From: a virus
Virus record (IMG/VR): IMGVR_UViG_3300032241_002679
Location: 32,001 to 96,000 of that record
DNA: 64,000 nucleotides
Strand: one strand, 5' to 3'
In this document: in pieces, positions 1 through 9,376 of the stretch
Layout: every line of letters starts with the position of its first letter
Position numbering within the stretch: position 1 is the first letter of the stretch
Notes under the pieces: generated by a model
Told to the model about the DNA's origin: nothing
Databases searched by the model: none
Seen by the model: only the letters and a program-made list of their open reading frames with translations
Program-made: the position numbers and the translations under genes

Positions 1-838
1 AATAAGACGCACCCGTAGCATTATAACCAGCATATTGACCAAGGAAATTTGAATGAGATGCGTTAATAGCATTATAACCAGCATATTCTGCACCAAAAAA
101 ACTATAGGTAGCATTTATCGCCCCATAACCAGCATAATCATTTAAAAATATTGAGTTATATGCATTTGTTGCCCCATAACCAGCTTGATTTCCCATGAAT
201 ATGGAATCACTGGCATAAGTTGCCTCAAAACCAGCATAAGCACCAATAAATGTGGCACCACCAGCATTAGTTGCATTAACACCAGCATATTCACCAATAA
301 AATTTGAATTACTTGCATTAATAACATTTTGACCAGCACTCTGTCCTAAAAAGTTTGAATTAGCCGCATTTGTTGCACCATAACCAGCATCCTTTCCAAA
401 GAAATTTGAATATGAAGAATTAGTAGCATTAAAACCAGCACCCTGCCCCAAAAAATTTGAATAAAATGCATTAGTAGCATTAAAACCAGCACCCTGCCCC
501 AAAAAATTTGAATATGAAGCATTAGTAGCATAATAACCAGCGCTATCCCCAACAAAAAAAGAATAGTTAGTTGAAAAATTAGTTGTTGATGGATTATTTG
601 AATAAATTGTAGAACCATCTATAGATAAGGGGCTACTATTTCCAATTGGTAAGTAAAGTGTAAATGTACCACCTGTATTATTAAAAAATGTGACTGTGGT
701 AGTTCCCGTATTATATGTAGCACCAGTTACAAATACATCAAATCCGCTATTAGGTAAATGTATATTTGGTATTAATTTGTTACCATCCAATGGTGCATAA
801 CCATTAGGTATTGCTCTGTTTAATTTACTTTCAAACAC
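1..838 (-). CDS. Tail fibre/adhesin-like protein with 14-aa (S/N)xFxGxxAGxxAxNA repeats, partial (runs off the window)
   Basis: Manual translation from GTG at 838 gives VFESKLNRAIPNGYAPLDG...SNFLGQGAGFNATNAFYSNFLGQGAGFNATN..., open to base 1. It is missing from the ORF track because no stop lies in the window. The 14-aa period resembles YadA-type beta-rolls. Confidence 0.75.
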   Translation of the reverse strand, partial: MFESKLNRAIPNGYAPLDGNKLIPNIHLPNSGFDVFVTGATYNTGTTTVTFFNNTGGTFTLYLPIGNSSPLSIDGSTIYSNNPSTTNFSTNYSFFVGDSAGYYATNASYSNFLGQGAGFNATNAFYSNFLGQGAGFNATNSSYSNFFGKDAGYGATNAANSNFLGQSAGQNVINASNSNFIGEYAGVNATNAGGATFIGAYAGFEATYASDSIFMGNQAGYGATNAYNSIFLNDYAGYGAINATYSFFGAEYAGYNAINASHSNFLGQYAGYNATGASY

Positions 839-853
839 TAGTTATAATTTTTT

Positions 854-1126
854 TTAATGTCCTGTTGTTAATATTTGTCTCAATCTTTCTATTACTTCAA
901 CGTCAGTCCATTGACCAATAGAATCATATGTCTGACCAGACCATAAAGTATAAACAATACCCTTATCTGTATATACTTTAACAGTTTTTTCAACTGGATT
1001 ATCTACTTCTTTAACAATAGTAATTTGATTGGTTGTAATATTTATACCGCCAATTGATTTAACTACAACAGGAGGGTTAAATGTTATTACTATACCAGCA
1101 TTTTTTGTTTCGGGATTTGTTGCCAT
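854..1126 (-). CDS. Small hypothetical protein in the tail-fibre cluster
   Basis: 90-aa ORF tightly packed between co-oriented fibre genes. Confidence 0.7.
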   Translation of the reverse strand: MATNPETKNAGIVITFNPPVVVKSIGGINITTNQITIVKEVDNPVEKTVKVYTDKGIVYTLWSGQTYDSIGQWTDVEVIERLRQILTTGH

Positions 1127-1143
1127 TTTATTTTTTATTTTTT

Positions 1144-3330
1144 TTATATATTATTTGTACCATTTATTTTTCTTTCAAGCGTATATGTACCATTAAATAC
1201 GGTATCAAATGTTATAAAATCAAAATTTGAACCATTTACAACGAATGAAGAAGTTGGCATTATTATTTGGCCACCACTAGTAATACTACCCACGGGCGTT
1301 CCACTAAAGGTAACCGTTAAACCATTTGCGGCTTGAAATTTTTGCGGAATATTTGATCCGTTAATGATATTTGTTAATGTCTCTGTAGAATTTGATGATG
1401 TCAATGTTATTATTCCAGCATAACTATAACTACCCATATTAATGCTATTTGCGTTTGTTATGTCAATTGTTATTGGGAATGTACTTGATTCGATAGAGAC
1501 ATACGCACCATCCAAATTTTCATTAATTGTTATTTCGGAAAAATATGCCTTTGCTCCAATTTTAATATTATAAACATGAATATTATTATTTAAAGTTATA
1601 TTATTAAAAATACAATTATTTTCTAATGTTATATATTGAAATATAGCACCATCATTTAATAATATAGTATATAATTCAGTATTTGATGCGACACTAACAT
1701 TTTCCAAATATGCGTTTCTACCAAATGTAATATTGTTTAATCCAGAAGATAAACCAATCATAATATTGTTTATTCCTGAATTAGTATTATTAAAAAAAAT
1801 GTACTCAAAATAAGAACCATTTAACATATTGACGTAAGAAATATTAGAATTTGCTGCGTAAAAATATATGTTTGAAAAATATGAATTATTAGTAACCTCT
1901 ATTGCATAAATAGAAGAAGAATCATTTCCTTGGATATTAGAAAAAGAAGAATCCATTCCTATAGTAACATCATACATATTTGAATTTGTACCAAAGTTTA
2001 TTTCACCAAAGTAACCATATGTTTCAATTTTTACATCCGAAATATCAGTATTATAATATAAATAAACCACTTCAAAAGTACAATCTTTGTCCATAGTTAT
2101 ATATTGAATATATGAATATGGATAAAGATATACCGAACTAAAATTTGAACCCCCCCCGACTTCTATATAATTAAATTGTATCCTACCAGCATCATTATTA
2201 CATGTAAATATACTATTAAAGTAAGCGCTTTCTTTTAATTTAATATTATAAATTTCTGTATAATCACCCAAATTCATTGATATCATATGACCACCCTTAT
2301 CTGATGTTATATTATAAATTTGTGTTCCAACGCCCCAATTATGCGCATTAAATCCACCGCCATTATCAAAACTTACATTAACAATATACCCATTTCCTTG
2401 ATTTGGAAAATTGACTAAAGAATCAAGATAAGAATTTTTAATGGTGACATTTAAAACATTAGGATGTCCCCATGGAAAACGATTTATATTATTATAACCC
2501 CAATTATTTGAAAACCATATATAATCTGAATATACTTCATTAGTATCATCCCTTCTATATGATATATTGTCATATTCATATTGATATTCAATAATATCAC
2601 ATACAAGTTTATAATCTGTTGTATTATAAAATACAGGAGTCCAATTGGTATTATCTAAATATACTTGTGTATATGGCCAACCAAGTGGTGTATTACCAAC
2701 ACCACCAGTCAAATTTTCCCAAACAATTCCACCCCAAATTACTTTTTGTCCAACACTATACGAAGCTTGTGAAATATAGCTAGAATATGCCGCATATGAA
2801 CCACTACTATCACCATATATATTTGTTGTTGTTGACCAATTTCCACCAGTATTAATAAATGTTAGGGTACTTTGACCAGGTATTTCTACAAGATAACCAG
2901 TTTGTCCTTGATCTCCATGTATATTCTCATTGAATTCAAAAAATCCAGTAGTTGAACCTATATTAATTCTATCTTTATTATCCCATACACTATATAGAGA
3001 ATAATTAGGATTATAAAATAAACCCCATCCTGATCTACTGAGAGTATTTTTAGATGTTGCTTGTAGAATAATATTTGTTCCACCATATAATGTAGGATGT
3101 ACACCTGTAATTTGATAAAAATTACCATTTGTTAGACCTGATATAGATAATAATTCATCCATTTCAGATTTTGTAAGAGTTATAAGTTGATTACCACTAC
3201 TAATGGTATTACCGCTTAAATCTTTTACTTTAATATTATTATCAGAAGCATCCACAAAAAAATTAACAGCACCAGATGGGGCTGCTGGAACTTGTGTTGC
3301 ATTTTGAGGTTGAAATTGTATATATTGCAT
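1144..3330 (-). CDS. Tail spike/fibre-like protein with a beta-helix repeat region
   Basis: 728 aa, N/S/Y/I-rich, with regular short repeats (e.g. NSNMYDVTIGMDSSFSNI) and an aromatic carbohydrate-binding-like segment YSVGQKVIWGGIVW. Confidence 0.6.
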   Translation of the reverse strand: MQYIQFQPQNATQVPAAPSGAVNFFVDASDNNIKVKDLSGNTISSGNQLITLTKSEMDELLSISGLTNGNFYQITGVHPTLYGGTNIILQATSKNTLSRSGWGLFYNPNYSLYSVWDNKDRINIGSTTGFFEFNENIHGDQGQTGYLVEIPGQSTLTFINTGGNWSTTTNIYGDSSGSYAAYSSYISQASYSVGQKVIWGGIVWENLTGGVGNTPLGWPYTQVYLDNTNWTPVFYNTTDYKLVCDIIEYQYEYDNISYRRDDTNEVYSDYIWFSNNWGYNNINRFPWGHPNVLNVTIKNSYLDSLVNFPNQGNGYIVNVSFDNGGGFNAHNWGVGTQIYNITSDKGGHMISMNLGDYTEIYNIKLKESAYFNSIFTCNNDAGRIQFNYIEVGGGSNFSSVYLYPYSYIQYITMDKDCTFEVVYLYYNTDISDVKIETYGYFGEINFGTNSNMYDVTIGMDSSFSNIQGNDSSSIYAIEVTNNSYFSNIYFYAANSNISYVNMLNGSYFEYIFFNNTNSGINNIMIGLSSGLNNITFGRNAYLENVSVASNTELYTILLNDGAIFQYITLENNCIFNNITLNNNIHVYNIKIGAKAYFSEITINENLDGAYVSIESSTFPITIDITNANSINMGSYSYAGIITLTSSNSTETLTNIINGSNIPQKFQAANGLTVTFSGTPVGSITSGGQIIMPTSSFVVNGSNFDFITFDTVFNGTYTLERKINGTNNI

Positions 3331-3335
3331 ATTTT

Positions 3336-3968
3336 TTAAATTATAATACCTGTTCCCGTTATTGTTGAATTTCCTGATAATATTATAGCACCAGCTACAT
3401 TTATTTCGCCATTATTAACTATATTACTATTAAGAATTAATAAATTACCACCAATAAATATCTGACCCCTATCATTAAATTCAATATCTCCAATATAAAA
3501 TTGATTATTTCCAGATGATACAAATAAATCTGAATTATTTAAAACATAATTACCAGAAATTACCAAAGTTTCTTCCGTATCAACTAATTTTGTCTCATTA
3601 TATAACCAATGTTTTACATTTTTAGGATATCCTGAAACATTAATTGTACCACCAGTTTTATTAACTAATGAAGTTATACCAGTATTATTGTTATAAGTAC
3701 CGCCAGTTATAACATCTTTTCCAGTTGTAAAACCAATAACATCAAAAGTTCCACCTGTTGAATTAGTAAATGTAGCTGTACCATTATTATTATTATAAGT
3801 ACCACCTGTTACATATGGGAAAACATCATCATTGTTTAAAAATGCTGTTAAGCCACTTATTGTTATTTTTTTTGTCTGACCATTATTCACAATAGGAATA
3901 ACATCACCCAAATTTGGATTTATATTAATTGGTAATTGGCTAATTGGTATATTACTATATGGTGGCAT
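3336..3968 (-). CDS. Putative tail fibre-associated virion protein
   Basis: VTGGTYNNNNGT/ITGGTYNNNTGI repeats, also seen in the 1-838 protein (VTGATYNTGT). Confidence 0.6.
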   Translation of the reverse strand: MPPYSNIPISQLPININPNLGDVIPIVNNGQTKKITISGLTAFLNNDDVFPYVTGGTYNNNNGTATFTNSTGGTFDVIGFTTGKDVITGGTYNNNTGITSLVNKTGGTINVSGYPKNVKHWLYNETKLVDTEETLVISGNYVLNNSDLFVSSGNNQFYIGDIEFNDRGQIFIGGNLLILNSNIVNNGEINVAGAIILSGNSTITGTGIII

Positions 3969-3974
3969 TTATTT

Positions 3975-5774
3975 TTAAATTAAAATTGAATATAAATTTT
4001 CTTGAAGTAACAAATAACCATTTTCTTGGCTCAATAAACCAATTGTTGGTGTATATCTAACTACTTCACTATTATAAATATTTGTTATATCATCAAAATA
4101 TAAATCACATAAATTAAATTTAAATTGAGATATATCACCGATAAATGAACCAGCAAAATTCTGTTCAATATTTAAACCTAAGTCAGCCGTATCTCTCCCG
4201 TCAAATGTCTGTGTTTCAATAAGACCCTGTGAACCGCCACCAAGACTAATATTAAATGGTACACCTACTTGTTTTATAGAATAATCATTTAATCTTCTGG
4301 CTATAAATTCTTTAAAATTATCGATGAAATATTTAAGTTTACCATTTACATAAAAACTAAGTCGCCCTAATCTAGCTGGTTTATTTTGTTCTATATCACA
4401 ATATTCATATGTATCATACATAGAATATCTTATAATAATATTTGTCCAGACATTACTCTGAACCATTCCACTTGGCGAATATCCCTCCTCAACGGTATAT
4501 CCACTAATTGTTGTTGTACCAGAACAATATCCTGTAATTGTCAATAATCTATAGCCTATGCTACCATCATCTCTAATTCTAAATCCAATTGCGTTGTCAT
4601 ATGTATCTGCTGTATATGGTAAATTGTCAAATTGTATTGATGTATCAAAACCACTAAATCCGCAAGCTACCTGTGTACCAAATCCACTTGGTCCACCACA
4701 ATTTGAACAATAACTTGTTGTTTTTGAATTGTTTACTTGTCCGTATATTAAAAATGGATTTGTAAAATTAGTCTGAACTGTTTTTGGTGTTGTTATTGTA
4801 ACTGGAATACCATCGTTAAAGCAAGCTATTTCTGTAGCAAATCCACTTGGTCCACCACAATTTGAACAATAACTTGTTGTTTTTGAATTGTTTACTTGTC
4901 CGTATAAAAGAAATTGATTTGTATATGTTACTGTATCAACTTGGTTTGGATACAGTGTAATCGTATCACCAGAATTATTAAATCCATCAGTTCCAATTAA
5001 TAAATTACTTTCTTTTAAAACTGTACACCATGGACTTAATGTATCGGTACAGCCACTATTTACAGTACAGCCACTTGTACAACCAGTATCAGCCCCTTCA
5101 AAAGCATTCCAGAATTTATTTTCTGCTCTAGTACCCATATAAAAGAAAAATCCTTTATTATTTGGGTATATATCATTTAATCTAGTACCAGTATAAGCAC
5201 TAGTAATTGTATCATCTTTTTTTAACCAAAATTCAGCTACCCAAGCCTGTGGTACACGTGTTGGTAAAACTTTATATGTCGAACCATCTATTTGATAATA
5301 ACCTTGATAAAATCCACCATTAAATTGTGCATATTGTCCTGAAAAATCAGAATTTAAATTAATTGGATAGATAAATTGATTAGTTGTACCCGTAACACTA
5401 TTTAAATGTAGTCTTGAATCACCTGATGGAATGAGTAAAGAAGTTCCAGTTAATGCTGATAATAATGCTAAATTAGCCGTATCACCACTATGTTTATCAA
5501 ATGTAACAAGACCATTATCAATACCAGTTAGGCCAATTGTATTAAAAGTATAACCAGTATTTGTCGCACCCGTCCAAGTTGCTAAACTTGAAATTAAATT
5601 TAATGATGTGCCACTATTAAAAATGGCTGGATTATTAAAGTCAAAATATGATACCAAACAGTCTTCAGCCTTATGTAAAGAAGACTCGTCATTTGCTAAA
5701 TAAAAATCCCAATAATCACTATTGGATAATAATACGTCTAATTTATTGAAATTAAAATTTTTAATATTTCCCAT
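3975..5774 (-). CDS. Virion structural protein, ConA/LamG-like with a Cys-rich internal duplication
   Basis: 599 aa; WTNIIIRY...LSFYVNGKL...FIGDISQFKF is LamG-like; C-terminal LLSQENGYLLLQEN motif. Confidence 0.6.
   Translation of the reverse strand: MGNIKNFNFNKLDVLLSNSDYWDFYLANDESSLHKAEDCLVSYFDFNNPAIFNSGTSLNLISSLATWTGATNTGYTFNTIGLTGIDNGLVTFDKHSGDTANLALLSALTGTSLLIPSGDSRLHLNSVTGTTNQFIYPINLNSDFSGQYAQFNGGFYQGYYQIDGSTYKVLPTRVPQAWVAEFWLKKDDTITSAYTGTRLNDIYPNNKGFFFYMGTRAENKFWNAFEGADTGCTSGCTVNSGCTDTLSPWCTVLKESNLLIGTDGFNNSGDTITLYPNQVDTVTYTNQFLLYGQVNNSKTTSYCSNCGGPSGFATEIACFNDGIPVTITTPKTVQTNFTNPFLIYGQVNNSKTTSYCSNCGGPSGFGTQVACGFSGFDTSIQFDNLPYTADTYDNAIGFRIRDDGSIGYRLLTITGYCSGTTTISGYTVEEGYSPSGMVQSNVWTNIIIRYSMYDTYEYCDIEQNKPARLGRLSFYVNGKLKYFIDNFKEFIARRLNDYSIKQVGVPFNISLGGGSQGLIETQTFDGRDTADLGLNIEQNFAGSFIGDISQFKFNLCDLYFDDITNIYNSEVVRYTPTIGLLSQENGYLLLQENLYSILI
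4679..4906. repeat. Exact 69-bp direct repeat (4679-4747 and 4838-4906), period 159 nt
   Basis: Identical copies, each encoding YGQVNNSKTTSYCSNCGGPSGF. Confidence 0.9.
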
Positions 5775-5825
5775 TACTAGTTAATACCCAATTTAATTAT
5801 AAAATGAATTTTTAAGGGTTTATTA

Positions 5826-5855
5826 ATAAATATTCACCGTTTCTAATATATTTAT
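5826..5855. promoter_or_regulatory. Back-to-back putative late promoters (ATATTTAT on each strand)
   Basis: ataaatat at 5826-5833 and atatttat at 5848-5855 lie in the gap between divergent genes. The same motif recurs upstream of other structural genes. Confidence 0.5.
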
Positions 5856-5871
5856 AATAAAAGAATTATTT

Positions 5872-6330
5872 ATGCCCATAAAGAAAAAAAGTGAAATTGA
5901 AGAATTTGTTGATTCTGATGGTTCTATTATTAGCGGTGATAGAAATGCTGTTAATAATAGCGAAATTGAAACAGGACCAACTGCCAAACCTTGGAATGAT
6001 GATTCTGATTATGAAAAAGGAGTATCCACAACAACTGACAGAGTTACAAGATATACACAAAATATTCCTTGGTTTGCCGTTTATAGTTATCGTAGTGCAG
6101 CTGGTAGGGGTCAAACAATGAGTGAAAATAAAAAAGTGATAAAGAAGAAAGAATTGGAAAAAATGACTGAAGAAGATTTGGTTAAAAAATCAAAATATGA
6201 TGAAATTTTACCAAAAATATATGATGCTGTTGATAAAATAATAGATAAGATTGAAGATGCTGATTTGTCAAAAGATCAATTAGAAAAAATTAAAAAAATA
6301 GTATTAACTAAAATAAAAAAGAATGCCTAA
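5872..6330 (+). CDS. Hypothetical protein, possible head/internal protein
   Basis: 152-aa ORF, first gene of the + strand unit. Confidence 0.7.
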   Translation: MPIKKKSEIEEFVDSDGSIISGDRNAVNNSEIETGPTAKPWNDDSDYEKGVSTTTDRVTRYTQNIPWFAVYSYRSAAGRGQTMSENKKVIKKKELEKMTEEDLVKKSKYDEILPKIYDAVDKIIDKIEDADLSKDQLEKIKKIVLTKIKKNA

Positions 6331-6775
6331 TTCACAACTTATAGATAAAGTATATCCAGTACCCGAACACCTCCAAAATTTTTTGGGTCCTAGTATTTCT
6401 TATCATAATCTTAAAATGAGTAAGACAAGAATGAATAAGGCTAAGAAAGAAGATTTAAATGAATTTAATGCTAAAGGGGGTGATAACGTATTAAAATGGA
6501 TTGAAGAGACTTTAAAAAAAGATCGTGACGCTATTCATAATGTTAAACAGACTGGTATGAATGCTGGGAGAAAAAATCAATTTATAAAGCCTCATGAAAA
6601 AGACAAAGATAATGCTAATCCTACAGCAGTAGGTGGTTTACCAAAAATGAATAAAGGTAATATTAGCAGAAAAATAATGAATAATAAAGAAGTTTATAAT
6701 GAATCTATTAAAAAAGAAATTTCTGAAATAAGATATTTAATAGAGTACATGAATAAAAATAAAAAAACAATTTAA
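6323..6775 (+). CDS. Hypothetical protein, possible head/internal protein
   Basis: 150 aa, overlaps the upstream stop; C-terminal YNESIKKEISEIRYLIEY. Confidence 0.7.
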   Translation: MPNSQLIDKVYPVPEHLQNFLGPSISYHNLKMSKTRMNKAKKEDLNEFNAKGGDNVLKWIEETLKKDRDAIHNVKQTGMNAGRKNQFIKPHEKDKDNANPTAVGGLPKMNKGNISRKIMNNKEVYNESIKKEISEIRYLIEYMNKNKKTI

Positions 6776-6777
6776 TT

Positions 6778-7155
6778 ATGCCAACACCACATTTACCAGA
6801 TGGAGGACAATCAGCACTTGAAGTAGCTGCAATTGCTCAAAGAAATACCTTAATCCCTATTAATCTTTATAATGGGAATCAACCAGCGAATGAATATACC
6901 GCTACGCATACTAGAGCTATATCCGATTCATTAACACCGCATAATGGAAAAGGAAGTGGACAATTTCTAGATATATTCAATTATGATGGAGTAGGTTCAG
7001 ACTGGGACCAAAATGGTAATCCATCAAATAGAAATGGACAGGGATCTGGACGTAATCCAGCTTTTGCAAATAATTTATCAACTTGGGGATATGGTCCAAA
7101 TAGCTATTATTTAGCACCAGATACCTCAAAAAATTCTGGACAAGTTATTATTTAA
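6778..7155 (+). CDS. Hypothetical Gly/Asn/Pro-rich protein, putative virion protein
   Basis: 125-aa ORF coupled to its neighbours. Confidence 0.7.
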   Translation: MPTPHLPDGGQSALEVAAIAQRNTLIPINLYNGNQPANEYTATHTRAISDSLTPHNGKGSGQFLDIFNYDGVGSDWDQNGNPSNRNGQGSGRNPAFANNLSTWGYGPNSYYLAPDTSKNSGQVII

Positions 7156-7778
7156 TGAAACTTTACAATTTATTTGAAGAACTTATATTAGAAGCAAAAC
7201 TTTTAAATGAAAGTGTGTCTGATGATGATGTTATTAAGGCACTTGAGGGAAAATATTTTGTAAAAATTACTTATGATGAATCAGAAAGTGGTAATAACGT
7301 TAGTAATAGAACTATAGGTGTATATAATCTGGGTCATACTAAGGCTGGGAATAGAGCCATAAGAGTTTTTCAAATTGGCGGTGATTCTAAAACAACTGTA
7401 GAAGGTGCGTGGAAAACACTGAGACTAGATAGAATAATGTCTTGGCGACCAACTAAGATGAAATTTTATAAACCAGCATCCGATTATAGTAATACCATAC
7501 CAATGTATAACGAAAATCCAAGTGGACAAGAAAAAGAAACTAGTCCAATGGGTCCTCCAAATGGTCATGTTGATAGATTTGTTAAATTTGATAGAGTTAA
7601 ATATCCTAAGACTCAACAGTCATATACTAGTAAAACAGGTGCTTCTAGAGAATTAACAGATAAAGAAAGAGAAGAATTATATAATACTAAAAGACCAACT
7701 TTGGTACCAACCAATAAGCCTAAATATGAAAAAAGAAAGCCTATTGATACAAGTGCCACAACTGGTCCTAAAAAATAA
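7155..7778 (+). CDS. WYL-like domain protein
   Basis: VKITYD...NRTIGVYNLG...IRVFQ...WKTLRLDRIMSW matches the WYL RxFRLDRI signature. Confidence 0.65.
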   Translation: MKLYNLFEELILEAKLLNESVSDDDVIKALEGKYFVKITYDESESGNNVSNRTIGVYNLGHTKAGNRAIRVFQIGGDSKTTVEGAWKTLRLDRIMSWRPTKMKFYKPASDYSNTIPMYNENPSGQEKETSPMGPPNGHVDRFVKFDRVKYPKTQQSYTSKTGASRELTDKEREELYNTKRPTLVPTNKPKYEKRKPIDTSATTGPKK

Positions 7779-7790
7779 AAAAAAATAAAT

Positions 7791-8360
7791 ATGGAAATAC
7801 CACAACCAGTAGATGTAAATAGACTAAAAGCAATTTTGGGCGCATCTAAAAAAATAATGAATAAAGTTGAGACTGGCGATTTTGAAACTGGACACATTGA
7901 TGCAAGAGCTTTAACAGAAGAAGGTGTTGCTGAATTAAAAGCAGAGGGTGTTACAAGACCAAAATCACAAATGAATCATGTAGGTTATACCGCTGAGAGT
8001 GTAAAAAATTCTAAACTACCAGAAGCTATAAAAAAAGTTATGCTTGAAAACCCAATACCACAAATGGTTAATCCAAATCATACATTTACAATAGATGATG
8101 TTTCTGAATTAGCAGATAAACCAATGGGATTACCAAGAATTCCAAAAACATCTAAAAAACAAATAGTCGAATCGTATAATTCTAATTCAAATTATATTAC
8201 GGTTAGTAAAGAAGAATTAAATGAAATGGTTAGCGATATGGTTAATGAAAAATTATTAGAATTTTTTGTGCAAAATCATAACAAAAGAATTACTGAAGAC
8301 GCAGTTAAAAAAACAATTAACATGCTAATTAAAGAAGGTAAACTTAAAAAAACTGTTTAA
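7791..8360 (+). CDS. Hypothetical phage protein
   Basis: 189-aa ORF followed by a terminator. Confidence 0.75.
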   Translation: MEIPQPVDVNRLKAILGASKKIMNKVETGDFETGHIDARALTEEGVAELKAEGVTRPKSQMNHVGYTAESVKNSKLPEAIKKVMLENPIPQMVNPNHTFTIDDVSELADKPMGLPRIPKTSKKQIVESYNSNSNYITVSKEELNEMVSDMVNEKLLEFFVQNHNKRITEDAVKKTINMLIKEGKLKKTV

Positions 8361-8386
8361 TTTTTTTTAAAAATATTTTAAAAATT

Positions 8387-8409
8387 GGGGCTTATAAAAG
8401 CCCCCTTTT
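8387..8409 (+). terminator. Intrinsic terminator
   Basis: GGGGCTT-ataa-AAGCCCC followed by cTTTT. Confidence 0.75.
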
Positions 8410-8458
8410 ATTTACATTAATATTTTAATTATTATATTAATTTTATAATTTTTATTTA

Positions 8459-9376
8459 ATGGGGAATAAAATTATTTTAGATGATAAATTGATTCAACTA
8501 ATTAAAGACCAATATATTTCTGGAATTGGCTCAACAATAATTAGTAAAAACTTAAATATCCCAAAACATACAATTTTAAAAATATTAAATAAATTAAAAA
8601 TAATAAGGAATAGACGTATATCTAAAGAATTTTATTCTAATTTTTGGGAAGAAGAAAACATGTGGTGTGGTAATTATGTATGTAAATCCTGCAACGAAAA
8701 AATAAAATTTTGTGTTAATGAAAAATCGTTATTAAATAGAAATTTAAAAAGAAAAAACATTTGTAAAAAATGTTCATTAAAAAAACAAATCGGTAGCAGT
8801 AATTCATTTTATGGAAAAAAACATATGGAAAAAACCAAAAAACAAATATCAAATAAAAAAATTGGTATTTGTACAAGTAACCATAGTAAAAAGCCTGAAT
8901 ATAGGAAACTATATAGCAAGTTGGCAAAAGAAAGGTGGGCTAGCGGTAAAATGGAATCAACCAGAATCAAATTAAGTAACTTGATGAAATCAAGGATAAT
9001 GAATGGTAAATTAAAGGGTTATATTAGATCTAAAGCCGAACTTAAAATAGTTGATGAAATTCAAAATCTAGGAATAATCGTTATAGAAAATTTTAAAATA
9101 AAAACAAAAGTATTTGATATCTATATACCAAAATTTAATTTACTGATAGAATACAATGGAGATTATTGGCATTGTAACCCTAAAAAATATAGTCCTAATT
9201 ATTTTAATAGTAAAAAAAATAAAACAGCGGAAGAAATTTGGAACTATGATAAGAATAAACTTGACTTAGCAAAAAAGTATAATTATACTTGCGAAACAAT
9301 TTGGGAATCGGATTATAAAAAAGATCCCGAAATAATAAAAAATATAATAAAAAAATATGACACAAAACATGATTAA
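8459..9376 (+). mobile_element. Free-standing Vsr-like (DUF559/EDxHD-type) homing endonuclease with a NUMOD3-like DNA-binding repeat
   Basis: SKAELKI...FDIYIPKFNLLIEYNGDYWH...KLDLAKKYNYTCETIWESD nuclease motif; NSFYGKKHMEKTKKQIS is NUMOD3-like; CxxC pairs. Confidence 0.8.

Noticed and set aside
142-618. Track ORFs 142-339 and 346-618
   Set aside because: Alternative-frame shadows of the repeat protein at 1-838.
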